NCBI GenBank assembly: GCA_051313645.2 | Contig: JBNRSN020000008.1 | Coordinates: forward strand, 50,468,001 to 50,532,000 | Source: Centroscyllium fabricii | Lineage: Eukaryota | Length of the DNA: 64,000 nt | Direction of reading: 5' to 3' | In this document: positions 1 to 12,172 of the stretch, in pieces | How the letters are laid out: each line of letters starts with the position of its first letter | Numbering within the stretch: position 1 is the stretch's first letter | The notes under the pieces: generated by a model | The model's input: only the letters and a program-made list of their open reading frames with translations | The model's database searches: none | Told to the model about the DNA's origin: nothing | Translations under genes and position numbers: made by a program

Positions 1-1460
1 CTCCTACCCTCTCCCCATATCCCCCGACACCCCCCAACTCTAAGAACTATATCTCTCACACATACTCATGGTCCCTTGATCGCTCTAGCCTGAAGAAATA
101 TATCCAACTCCTTGAATATATTCAATGAACCAGCCTCCACCGCCCTCTGTGGCAGAGAATTCCACAGGTTCACCACTCTCTGGGTGAAGAAATTCCTCCT
201 CATCTCTGTCCTAAATGGCTTTCCCCTTATCCTTAGACTATGGCCCCTGGTTCTGGACTCCCCGACCATCAGGAACATCATTCCTGCCTCCAGTCTGTCC
301 AGGCCTGACAGAATTTTATAGGTTTCGATGAGATCCCCTCTCAATCATCTGAACTACAGTGAGTATAAGCCCAATCGACTCAATCTCTCCTCATGCGTCA
401 TTCCTGCCATCCCAGGTATCAGCCTGGTGAACCTTCGCTGCACTCCTTCAATGGCAAGAACGTCCTTCCTCAGATGAGGCGACCAAAACTGTGCACAATA
501 CTCGAGGTGTGGTCTCACAAATGTCCTGTAGAGCTGCAGCAAGATATCCTTGTTCTTATATTCAAACCCTCTTGCTACAAAGGCCAACATACCATTTGCC
601 TTCTTTACCACCTGGTGCACCTGCAAGCTTACCTTCAGTGACTGGTGCACAAGAACACCCAGGTCTCTTTGCACTTCCCCATCTCCCAATCTATTGCCAT
701 TCAAATAATAATCTGCCCTCCTGTTTTTGCCACCAACGTGGATAACCTCACATTTATCCACATTATACTGTATTTGCCATGTATCTGCCCAATCACCCAA
801 CCTGTCCAAATCGCATTGGAATTTCTCGACATCCTCCTCAGAGCATACCCTCCCACCCAGCTTTGTGTCATCTGCAAATTTGGAGATATTACATCCAATT
901 CCCTCGTCCAGATCATTAATATATATATTGTGAACAGCTGGGGTCCTAAGACCGATCCTTGCGGTACCCCACTAGTCACTGCCTGCCACTTGGAAAATAA
1001 ACCGTTTATTCCAACTCTCTGTTTTCTATCTGCCAACCAGTTCTCTATCCAAGACAATACCTTGCCCCCAATCCCATGAGCCTTAATTTTGCACACTAAT
1101 CTCTTATGAGGGACCTTATCGAAAGCTTACTGAAAGTCCAAATACACCACGTCTACTGGTTCTCCCCTATTTATTTTACCAGTTACATCCTCAAAAAATG
1201 TCAGTAGATTAGTCAAGCATGATTTACCTTTTGTAAATCCATGTTGACTTTTTCTGATGATCCTGTCAGTGTTTTCCAAGTGCTCTGCTATTACATCTTT
1301 AATAATGGACTCTAGCATGTTCCCCACTACCGATGTCAGGCTTACTGGTCAATCATTCCCCGCTTTTTCTCTGCCACCTTTTTTGAATAGTGGGGTAACG
1401 TTAGCCACCCTCCAATCCATGGGTACTTTTCCAGAGTCTATCGAGTTCTGGAAGGTGATC
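1..1460 (-). mobile_element. CR1 LINE fragment (RT to 3' end, frameshifted)
   Basis: ORF pieces SQHGFTKGKSCLTNL, DVVYLDFQ, SGVPQGSVLGP, RPHLEYCAQFWSP, VVNLWNSLP. Confidence 0.92.
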
Positions 1461-1832
1461 AGAGGGATGAACAGCCGCTTCTATGAGAGATAGCGAGCAT
1501 TTTATTGGCAGATTGGGTAAACATTGGGACTGCGTACTACAGAGAGAGGTCATTGCTGAGAAGCCGAGAAAGATGCTGAAAATGTATCGGGTTAGAAATA
1601 GGAAAGCACAAGGTTTTAATCTGACCCACTTGTATTGCTGCAAATGTTTTGATTGCCGTTGAATGTCAGATCATGAGCACAGATTCATGGATATTGCTGC
1701 ACAATCCAAAAGGCATTTGACCAGGTGCCACACAAAAGATTACTGCACAAGATTTAAAAAATCATGGGATTGGGGGTAATATACTGGCATGGGTGGAAGA
1801 TTGGCTATCTAACAGAAAACAGAGAGTTGGGA

Positions 1833-2436
1833 TCTCTCCTGGTCACTAAACACCTCCTCTCTGGTTAAGAAGGCCTAACAGCGCCTGTACTTCCTCAGGA
1901 AGCTGAAGAAAGCCAGGCTGTCATCCGGCATCCTCTCCAACTTCTACCGCTGCACAATAGAAAGCATACTGACAAGCTGCATCACTGTCTGGTATGGAAA
2001 TTGCACTATCTCGGACCGGAAAACCCTGCAGCGGGTAGTCAAAACTGCCCAACGAATTACCAGTACACAGCTACCGTCAATGGAAAGCATCTACCTCAAA
2101 CGCTGCTTACGGAGGTCTATGAACAATATTAAAGACCCCACACACCCCAGCCACAGTCTGTTCGCCCCCCTGCCCTTCGGGAGACGCCACAGAGCAATTT
2201 GCACCCGCACGACTAGATTTCAGAACAGCTTCTTCCCCAGGGCTGTCAGCCTCCTGAACTCTAAAAAGAAACTCCGGTACCTGCACGCCTGATAATGTAC
2301 TTTACTGTATGCAATTTGCATGTAATTTATTTATTTTATTTGCACTACTCTCGGGAGAGTCGAGTCTTCGTCTCGTTGTATTGTACTAGTACTCTGCAAT
2401 GACAATAAAACTTGAATTGAATTGAATTGAATTGAA
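1833..2436 (+). mobile_element. Rex1/Babar non-LTR element, 5'-truncated
   Basis: KKA.QRLYFLRKLKK..IESILTSCITVWYGN..DPTHPSH..RFQNSFFPRAV; AATAAA followed by (AATTG)n tail. Confidence 0.88.
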
Positions 2437-3402
2437 ATGGTTCATTCTTGGATTGGCAATCAGTGACTAGTGGTGTTCTGCAGGGGTCAGTGCTGGGACC
2501 CCAACTCTTCACAATCTATATTAATGATTTGGAGGAAGGGACCGAGTGCAACGTATCCAAGTTTGCCGACGTTACTAAGATGGGAGGGTAAGCAGTGAGT
2601 GAGGAGGACATTAAAAAACCTGCAAAGGGACATTGACAGGCTAGGTGAGTGGACAAAGATTTGGCAGATGGAATATAATGTTGGAAAGTGTGAGGTTATG
2701 CACTTTGGCAAAAAAAATCAAAGAGCAAGTTATTATCTGAATGGAGAGAAACTTCAAAGTGCTACAGTCCAAAGGGATCTGGGGGTTCTGGTGCATGAAA
2801 CACAGAAGGTTAGTATACAGGTACAGCAGGTGATCCGGAAGGCCAATAGAATCTTGGCTTTTATTGCAAGGGGGGTGGAGTATAAAAGCAGGGCAGTCTT
2901 GCTGCAGTTATACAGGGTACTGGTGAGGCCACATCTGGAATACTGCGTACAGTTTTGATTTCCATATTTGAGAAAGGATATACTTGCTCTCGAGACAGTT
3001 CAGAGAAGGTTCACTCGGTTGATTCCGGAGATGAGGGGGTTGACTTACGAGGAAAGGCTGAGTAGATTGGGCCTCTACTCATTGAAGTTCAGAAGAGCTT
3101 GAGAGGCGACCTTATCTAAACATATAAGATTGTGAAGGGGCTTGATCGGGTGGATGCGGTAACGATGTTTCCACTGATGGGTGAGACCAGAACTAGGGGG
3201 CATAATCTGAGAATAAGGGGCTGCCCTTTCAGAACTGAGATGAGGAGGAACTTCTTCACTGAGAGGGTGGTGAGTCTGTGGAATTTGCTGCCTCAGTGAG
3301 CTGTGGAAGCTGCAACATTAAATAAATTTAAAATGGAGATAGACAGTTTCCTAGCTGATAAGGGAATAAGGGGTTACGGGGAACGGGCAGGGAAGTGGAC
3401 AT

Positions 3403-3775
3403 TGTATTGTTTTCTATGTGGGACACCTTTCTGGGATCTGGTCTGATGCCCTCACTGGTAAGGGTATCTCCCACAAATCCCACTTCTGACACCATGTATT
3501 GTTTTCTATGTGGGTTCAATGATGACACACTTATGAAGGAGAATGTTGTTTAATCTAAAGTATGTTCAAGTAACTTACTGATTTACATGAGGCTTACAGG
3601 GAAACTCCATCTTGGAGATCACTCCTATACACAGCAAGTAAACTAACTTGCTTCTTGTCACATGCCCTCTGCTGGTCAGGCATAGATAATCAAACAGGCA
3701 ACTGTGACCCCTCTGCTAGTAAGGCATAGATAAGCAAACAGGCAAACATGATCACTGTTTGCTGATATCATTACA
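3403..3775 (-). mobile_element. Internally deleted Gypsy LTR element (LTR + PBS + RT sliver + 20 bp of the other LTR)
   Basis: LTR TG..CA at 3495-3775; PBS TGGTGTCAGAAGTGGGATT; FVGDTLTSEGIRPDPRKV; TSD GACAT/GACGT. Confidence 0.8.
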
Positions 3776-4011
3776 GACGTGAGTCTAAGTTCGGATCGGC
3801 CATGATCCTATTAAATGGCGGAGCAGGCATGAAGGGCCGTATGGCCTACTCCTGCTCCTACTTCTTATGTTCTTATGTTCTTATAATTATGATGACACAG
3901 CAACAGCATTTGACACAATAACCGAATATTTTGAAATAATCCTCTTTGTGTTAAGTGGGCTACAAGTAACTGTGAGACACCAAAGTCAGTGCTAAAATTT
4001 ATTTTGCACCA

Positions 4012-4663
4012 CATGTCCAGCTTCAAGTTCCTCGGGGTCCACATCTCGGAAGATCTCTCCTGGTCACTAAACACCTCCTCTCTGGTTAAGAAGGCCCAAC
4101 AGCGCCTGTACTTCCTTAGGAAGCTGAAGAAAGCCAGGCTGTCATCCGGCATCCTCTCCAACTTCTACCGCTGCGCAATAGAAAGCATACTGACAAGCTG
4201 CATCACTGTCTGGTATGGTAATTGCACTATCTCGGACCGGAAAACCCTGCAGCGGGTAGTCAAAACTGCCCAACGAATTACCGGTACACAGCTACCGTCA
4301 ATGGAAAGCATCTACCTCAAACGCTGCTTACGGAGGTCCATGAACATTATTAAAGACCCCACACACCCCAGCCACAGTCTGTTCGCCCCTCTGCCCTCCG
4401 GGAGATGCCACAGAGCAATTCGCACCCGCACGACTAGATTTCAGAACAACTTCTTCCCCAGGGCTGTCAGCCTCCTGAACTCTAAAAAGAAACTCCGGTA
4501 CCTGCATGCCTGATAATGTACTCTACTGTATGCAATTTGCATGTAATTTATTTATTTTGTTTGCACTACTCTCGGGAGAGTCGAGTCTTCATCTCATTGT
4601 ATTGTACTAGTACTCTGCAATGACAATAAAACTTGAATTGATTGATTGAATTGAATTGAATTG
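4012..4663 (+). mobile_element. Rex1/Babar fragment
   Basis: SSFKFLGVHISEDLSWS...RFQNNFFPRAV; (AATTG)n tail. Confidence 0.9.
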
Positions 4664-5848
4664 ATAGCCTAGGCTAAGTTTCCAAGTCAATTCATGACTT
4701 CACAAGCCAATGGTGAAGCGGTTACAGGCACAGTGGTGGACAGAAAGATGGCCTATGAAGCTCGGTAGCTTTCAGGCCTCATTTAAAAATCTGTAATTCC
4801 TTTTTGTTAATACAATCACATCCTCTGATTAGGACTTGACTGTGTTAAATCAAAGAGTGATTTTTGTTTTTCTAAATAATAGGCAGCAATTCAGAGTTAT
4901 TAAGAAAATTACAGGAAAAAGACAAGTGTTCAAGGAAATGAATAGCATTAGTGGCATGTTCGTAGTTGGAAAGCAATGACTTTTCATTAATTAGTCATTG
5001 AAAACATGCATAATTGATTAATATTTTATTAATCGCATAATAGTATTCTATTTGCCTTGCTCCCATTGTTATCACTGACATAATTGACATAGCCTTTGTG
5101 AGAGTGTGTTTGTTACTGCAGATGAACTGCAAAGTTACTCAAATAATACTGGTATATTTGGCATGAATCTCTCAAAGTTACGTGATCACACTGAGTGTGA
5201 AGCTAGCAATCTTGGGGCCTGAAATAACATGAACAATCTGACAGACAAAAAAAGTTTAAAAAACTAACCCTATACAGGAGCAATGATTAGAGCATTATGA
5301 ACGACAAACACGCTGGCATTTATATGGCGCCTTTCATGACCTCAGGAACTCCCAAAGCACTTTACCGTCAATGAAGTACTTCTCGAGTGTAGTCACTGTT
5401 GTACTGTAGGAAACACGGCAGCCAATTTACACTCAGTGAAGGTCCCAAAAACAGCAATGTGATAATGACCAGATTATCTGTTTTAGTGATGTTGCTTGAT
5501 GAATAAATATTGGCCAGGCCAGGACACCGGGGATAACTCCCTTGCTCTTCTTCAAAGTAGTGCCATGGAATCTTTTGTGTCCATCTGAGAGGTGTAGCAT
5601 TCCATCAGAAAGACGGCACCTCCGACAGTGCAGCACTGTCTCAGTACTGCACTGGAGTGTCAGCCTAGATTTTACATAAGACGTAGGATCAGGAGTCAGT
5701 CATTTTGCCCCTCGAGCCTGCTCCGCCATTCAATAAGATCATGGCTGATCTGATCTTCGCTTCAACTCCACTTCACTGCCCGCTCCCCATAACCCTTCAA
5801 CTCCTTACCATTTGAAAATCTGTCTATCTCCACCTTAAATATATTCAA

Positions 5849-6396
5849 GAAGTCACACAACACCAGGTTATAGTCCAACAGTTTTATTTTAAATCACAAG
5901 CTTTTGGAGCGTCTGCCCCTTCGTCAGGCGAAGTGTCGAGATTCATTTAAACATAGCATATATCGAGAGAGAGAACAATGTGATCTCTCCAGCTGTTTCA
6001 CATCATACCTCAGCTGAGGGACATCAAAGCAATCAAAGGTGTTCTAACATATCAGTCAGCCTGAGATCAAAGGGTGCAGTCACAAAGGGTCAAACGTTAC
6101 AGTCTGCTGTCCTTGAAAATCCCACAGAATGATTTTTTTTAAAACAAGGATTTTTCTGCTTTGATTGCTTTGATGTCCCTCAGCTGAGGTGTGATGTGAA
6201 ACAGCTGGAGAGACCACATTGTTCTCTCTCTATATATATGTGCTATGTTTAAATGAATCTCGACACTTCGCCTGACGAAGGGGCAGACGCTCCGAAAGCT
6301 TGTGATTTAAAATAAAACTGTTGGACTATAACCTGGTGTTGTGTGACTTCTTGCATTTGTCCACCCCAGTCCAACACCGGCACCTCCACATCATGG
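5849..6396. mobile_element. Penelope-like family 1: non-coding inverted pseudo-LTR pair
   Basis: About 190-bp arms in inverted orientation; 14-bp TSD TTAAATATATTCAA (5835-5848 and 6397-6410). Confidence 0.88.
6268..6305 (+). ncRNA. Minimal hammerhead ribozyme (PLE type)
   Basis: CUGACGA - stem II GGGGC/GCUCC - GAAA-GC-UU, with palindromic AAGCUU in place of stem III. Confidence 0.8.
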
Positions 6397-7185
6397 TTAA
6401 ATATATTCAATGACTCAGTCTCCACAGCCCTCTGGGGAAGAGAATTCCAAAGATTCATGACCCTCTTGAGAGAAAAAATTCCTCCTCATTTCCATTTTAA
6501 CAGGGTGCCTCCTTATTCTGAAATTTTGCCCTCTAGTTCTACATTCCCCCATAAGGGGAAACATCCTCTCTGCATCTACCCTGTCGAGCCCCCTCAGAAT
6601 CTGATATGTTTCAATTAGATCGCCTCTCATTCTTCTAAACTCCAATGAGGATAGGTCCAACCTGCTCAACCTCTCTTCATAAGTCAACCCCTTTATCTCT
6701 GGAATCAACCTCGTGAACCTTCTGTGAACTGCCTCCAATGCAAGTATATTTTGTGCTCAAGTCCCTGGAGTGGGGCTTAAACCCACAACCTTCTGACTCA
6801 GAGGCGAGAGTGCTACCCACTGAGCTACGGCTGACACCGTAGAGCCACATCAGGCCCTTACTCAGCATTCAGCCTGTGTTTATACTGCAGCATGGGTGTG
6901 AAGCCAAAGCAATTCACATCAATGCCAAATTTGTAGTGTAAATGCACCCCAGGTTTGCACTAATTGAAAACTGTTATTGCAGGAAATTAATTCCACAAGG
7001 AATGAATATTGTTTTAGTAGAGAAAGGGAGCTAGATAGTGGATTGAAGAGGAACTGCAGCCAAGGAGAAGAGAAAGAAACAATGAAGATTTGAGGATGGA
7101 AGATAACCATTGATTCTCAAACTAGCAAGGTGATTTGTTATTTAACTTTCTTTTTCTTTCATGCTCAGTGCTTTCTCTAATGGTC

Positions 7186-7922
7186 ATGATGTGGAGGTGC
7201 CGGTGTTGGACTGGGGTAAACACATGTAAGAATTCACACAACACCAGGTTATAGTCCAACAGTTTTATTTGAAATCACAAGCTTTCGGAGCGCTGCTCCT
7301 TCGTCAGGTGTAATAGAGATGCATTTAAACACAGCATATATAGTCAGAGAACAATGTAATCTTTTTCTAAGGAAGCTGAAAAAAGCCAGGCTGTCATCCG
7401 GTATCCTCTCCAACTTCTACCGCTGCACAATCGAAAGCATACTGACAAACTGCATCACAGTCTGGTATGGAAATTACACCATCTCGGACCGGAAGGCCCT
7501 GCAGCAGGTAGTCAAAACTGCTCAACGAATCACCGGCACCCAGCTACTGTCAATTGAAAGCATCTACCTCAAACGCTGCCTACGGAGGTCTCTGAACATT
7601 ATTAAAGACCCCACACACCCCAGCCACAGTCTGGTCGCCCCCCTGCCCTCCGGGAGACGTTACAGATCAATTCGCACCCGCACGACTAGATTTAAGAACA
7701 GCTTCTTCCCCAGGGCTGTCAGCCTCCTGAACTCTAAAAGAAAAACTCCGGTACCTGCACACCTGATAATGTACTTTACTGTATGCAATTTGCATGTAAT
7801 TTATTTGCACTACTCTCGGGAGCGGCGAGTCTTCATCTCGTTGTATTGTACTAGTACTCTGCAATGACAATAAAACTTGAATTGAATTGAATTGAATTGA
7901 ATTGGTGTTGTGTGACTTCTTA
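7186..7922 (-). mobile_element. Penelope-like family 1 terminal fragment with hammerhead (7275-7310), interrupted by Rex1
   Basis: Matches the other pseudo-LTR copies; approximate TSD TTTCTCTAATGG/TTTCTTTAATGG. Confidence 0.8.
7369..7902 (+). mobile_element. Rex1/Babar fragment
   Basis: RKLKKARLSSGILSNFYRC...RFKNSFFPRAV; (AATTG)n tail. Confidence 0.9.
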
Positions 7923-8673
7923 CATTTCTTTAATGGGACAGTTCAGATTCATAAGTCAGTGTGCGGGAAATCGTACTTGTGAGCTTGCATCCTACCACTT
8001 TGTGACAAAGAAGATCCGGGCAACAATGTGCCCACTCAGCCTATTGTTTTAATTTTGATGCTTTTACATAGAATTATATAGAATGTACAGAAACAGGTCA
8101 TTCGGCTCAACTGGCCCTGCCACACTTCTTCATCTCACCCTATCAGCAGACCTTTCTATTCCTTTCTCCCTCATGTGTGTATCAAGCTTCCCCTGAAATT
8201 AATCCATGCTATTCACTTCAACTATTCCTTGTGGTAGTGAGTTCCACATTCTGATCACTCTTTGGTTAAAAAGGTTTCTTCTGAATTCCCAATTGGATTT
8301 ATTAGTGATTCATTTTAGATTCTCACATTTGATCCCCACCACTGACACCGCATCAGGGGGATCAGAAAGTTTGGCTCTGGCTACCATCCATGAATTTTTC
8401 CTGAGGTAGGGAGCTCAACTATGAACATTGAAATATGCTGAATAGGAAAAGACCCATTAGTGTATCCAGCCTATCCCACATATCTGCGATGCATCGCGCA
8501 TCACCATAAATACTCTCCCTATGTCAACCGAGAGCCATGTAATCTCCTAAGAGAGGCAAAAAGCCTGGTAAATACCCAGAATAACTAATGAAAGAGTAGG
8601 GCCTATCAGAGACCAAAAAGGTAACCTGTGATTGGAGGCGGAAGACGTGGGTATGGTTCTTAATAAATACTTT

Positions 8674-9444
8674 GGGCTCGAATTTCATTGGGCCGTTAAG
8701 ACAGGATTGGAGGCGTGCGGGGGGTTAAAATCGCAAAGTCAGGGGCACGAATCCATCCCGCCCCTAACCCACCTCCATGTCAGTTTCAAAGGAGGCAGAT
8801 TACCTGGCCTGTGCTGGGACCCACCTCCCCGGGTATCCAGCCTATCCCAGGTAGTTAACAGGCAGTTTTTAGCCTAATCCCTATTTTTATTCCTGAAGTG
8901 TGGGATTCCCGACGGCGCCAAACCATACCATGTTAGCGAGGGGAACCGTCGGGCAGAAGGGCTTGGAGGGTGTTTGGTGTGTGTAAAGTGTTTAAATAAG
9001 TTTTACTTACCTTTACTTACCTTTACCTTTACAGCCTTCCTTCCTTCAGGTCTCAGGAGTCCCTCATCTCACCGGCACAGAAAGCAGAATGGCCGAAAGC
9101 TGTCAAAATCTGCAGCATTCAGCTTTCTATTCTGGAGAGATTTATAAATCAGCCCAAGAGGAAGGAATTAACTTAGTATACAGATTGTCAGTGTTTGACA
9201 GCTTCAAAGAGCTGTCAAACGCTGATATTTCGTCTGTCAATAGCTCTTGACAGATGAAATGTCAATCTGTGACATCACCTGGTGGTGGGTGGCCCTTAAT
9301 TGGCCTGCTGAGCCTGCTGGGTGGGCTCAACAAGGTCAATCAAGTGAAAAGCGCATGGGTTGGCCACAACCCGATGGAGGCGGGACTACAACCTGAAAGT
9401 TGCAGTCCCGCCTCCTACATGCATCCAGTATCAAAATCCAGCCC
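8674..9444. mobile_element. PIF/Harbinger-like non-autonomous element
   Basis: TIR GGGCTCGAATTT / AAAATCCAGCCC; 3-bp TSD TTT; cleanly interrupts the CR1 frame. Confidence 0.75.
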
Positions 9445-9744
9445 TTTGTGTCTGTCTTCATGGAATAGTGCAAGAAGTCACACAACACCAGGTTATAATC
9501 CAACAGTTTTATTTTAAATCACAAGCTTTCGGAGCTTCTGCCCCTTCGTCAGGTGAAAGAGAAGCTGACTTAAAGAACGCACATATGGGAGGAAGAGAGA
9601 AATCTGATCTCCCACATCTCACCTTAGCAGAGATAGACAGAGCACACAAAGGCGTATTAACATATTTTAACATATCAGTCTGAGATCAATGAGGCACAGT
9701 CACAAGGGGTCAAATGCCCCACCACCAAATGCCCCACCACCAAA

Positions 9745-11884
9745 ATGGACCCCATCGGTCTTGCGGCAGACACAGAGGAATTCATCAGGAGAATAAGGCT
9801 CCAGGAATACTTCCACAGATCCCAAGATGTCAGCGAACCCAATGAGACAATCAATGATCCGGAACAGCTGATTGAGGAATCTGCAGTGCCGCAACCAAAG
9901 AAGAAAGAATCAAATTGGAACCCCCCGGAGGGTCGCTGCCCTAAGCTGGACATGTATGTTCAAGCTGTCAGGAGATGCATCAATGCCAAATTCATCAGCC
10001 GCACTCACAAGACAGTCCAGAATGTCACCCGAGCACAACGCGACACCATCCGCGCTCTCAAGACCAACCGCAACATAGTCATCAAACCGGCAGACAAAGG
10101 AGGAGCCATCGTCATACAGAACAGAACAGACTATTGCAAAGAAGCACACCGACAACTGGACAACCAAGAACACTACAGACAGCTACCTGCAGATCTGACC
10201 AAGGAACACACCCGCCAACTCAACAGACTGATCAAGACCTTCGATCCAGACTTTCAGAGCACCCTACGCGCCCTCATCCCACGTAATCCCTGCATGGGAG
10301 ATTTCTACTGCCTCCCAAAGATACACCAAGCCAACACACCTGGATGCCCTATTGTATCAGGCAGCGGAACCCTATGTGAGAACCTCTCTGGATACATCGA
10401 GGGCATCCTGAAACCCATCGTACAGAGAACCCCCAGCTTTTGTCGCGACACTACAGACTTCTTACAAAAACTCAGCACCCACGGACCAGTCGAACCAGGA
10501 ACACTCCTTGCCACGATGGACGTCTTGGCACTCTACACCAGTATCCCTCACGATGACGGCATCGCTGCGACAGCTTCAGTACTCAACACCAACAACAGCC
10601 AATCCCCAGACATCATCCTACAACTCATCCGCTTCATCCTTGACCACAATGTTTTCACCTTCGACAACAATTTTTTTACCCAAAACACACGGAACAGCCA
10701 TGGGGACCAAATTCGCACCCCAATACGCCAACATCTTCATGCACAAGTTCGAGCAAGACTTCTTCGCTACACAGTACCTCCAACCAACGCAATACACCAG
10801 ATACATCGACGACATTTTCCTCCTGTGGACCCACGGTGAAGAATCACTGAAAAGACTACACGATAACATAAACAAGTTCCATCCCACCATCAAACTCACC
10901 ATGGACTACTCCTCAGAATCGGTTTCATTCTTGGACACACGAATCTCCATCAAAAATGGACACCTCAGCACGTCCCTCTACCGCAAACCCACGGACAACC
11001 TCAGGATGCTCCACTACTCCAGCTTCCACCCAAACCACGTTAAAGAAGCCATCCCCTATGGACAAGCCCTGCGAATACACAGGATCTGCTCAGATGAGGA
11101 GGAACGCGACAGACACCTACAGACACTGAAAGACGCCCTCGTAAGAACGGGATATGACACTCGACTCATCGATCGACAGTTCCGACGGGCCACAACGAAA
11201 AATCGCATAGACCTCCTCAGAAGATGACCACGGGACACAACCAACAGAGTACCCTTTGTCGTCCAGTACTTCCCCGGAGCGGAGAAACTGCGCCATGTTC
11301 TTCGCAGCCTTCAACATGTCATTGATGATGATGAACACCTCGCTAAGGCCATCCCCACGCCTCCACTACTCACCTTCAAACAGCCACCTAACCTCAAACA
11401 GACTATCGTTCGCAGCAAATTACCCAGCCTTCAGGAGAACAGCAACCACAACACCACACAACCCTGCCACAGCAACCTCTGCAAAATGTGCCAAATCATC
11501 AGCACAGATACCATCATTACACGTGAGGACACCACACACCAGGTACATGGTACATACTCATGTAATTCGACCAATGTTGTCTACCTCATACGTTGCAGGA
11601 AAGGATGCCCCGGGGCATGGTACATCGGCGAGACCATGCAAACACTTCGACAATGGATGAATGGACACCGCACAACAATTGCCAGGCAGGAGTGTTCCCT
11701 CACAGTCGGGGAACATTTCAGCAGTGAAGGACATTCAGCCTCCGATCTTTGGTTAAGCATTCTCCAAGGCGGCCTTCGAGACACATGACAACACAAAATC
11801 GTCGAGCAGAGGCTGATAGCCAAATTCCGCACCCATGAGGACGGTCTCAACCGTGATATTGGCTTCATGTCACGCTACATGTGA
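9745..11884 (+). pseudogene. PLE reverse transcriptase + GIY-YIG endonuclease (frameshift near 10675, internal stops)
   Basis: IKPADKG, LPKIH, MDV.ALYTSIP, GTAMG, RYIDD, VVYLIRC..WYIGET..H motifs. Confidence 0.92.
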
Positions 11885-12135
11885 CCCTGCCTGAAGTAGA
11901 GTCATCCAGACCAGAGACATCTTTGTCTTGTAAGGAAATTCCTTTTTTTTTAAAATCATTCTGTGTGTTTTGCAGCATTTGACCCCTTGTGACTGTGCCT
12001 CATTGATCTCAGACTGATATGTTAAAATATGTTAATACGCCTTTGTGTGCTCTGTCTATCTCTGCTAAGGTGAGATGTGGGAGATCAGATTTCTCTCTTC
12101 CTCCCATATGTGCGTTCTTTAAGTCAGCTTCTCTT

Positions 12136-12172
12136 TCACCTGACGAAGGAGCAGCACTCCGAAAGCTTGTGA
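12136..12172 (+). ncRNA. Minimal hammerhead ribozyme in PLE 3' pseudo-LTR
   Basis: UCAC CUGACGA A GGAG..CUCC GAAA GCUU GUGA. Confidence 0.8.

Larger units (their letters stand above)
1712..3885 (+). mobile_element. CR1 LINE fragment with (TTCTTATG)n tail, interrupted by a Rex1 copy and an LTR remnant
   Basis: QRVGI|[12 protein letters not shown] reading frame resumes across the insert; RPHLEYCVQF; 3' stem-loop and octamer tail at 3790-3885. Confidence 0.9.
5674..6746 (-). mobile_element. CR1 3' fragment, split by a PLE insertion
   Basis: RRFTRLIPE..RMRGDLIETY..NLWNSLPQRAVE; CR1 tail at 5674-5800. Confidence 0.88.
5312..6838 (-). mobile_element. tRNA-derived DeuSINE (SacSINE1-like), split by a CR1 insertion
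   Basis: tRNA-like head with A/B boxes at 6747-6838; Deu-domain-like body at 5312-5673; ATTTT repeated around the insert. Confidence 0.8.

Noticed and set aside
6747-6838. tRNA gene (also 29404 and 43689)
   Set aside because: These are SINE heads continuous with SINE bodies.
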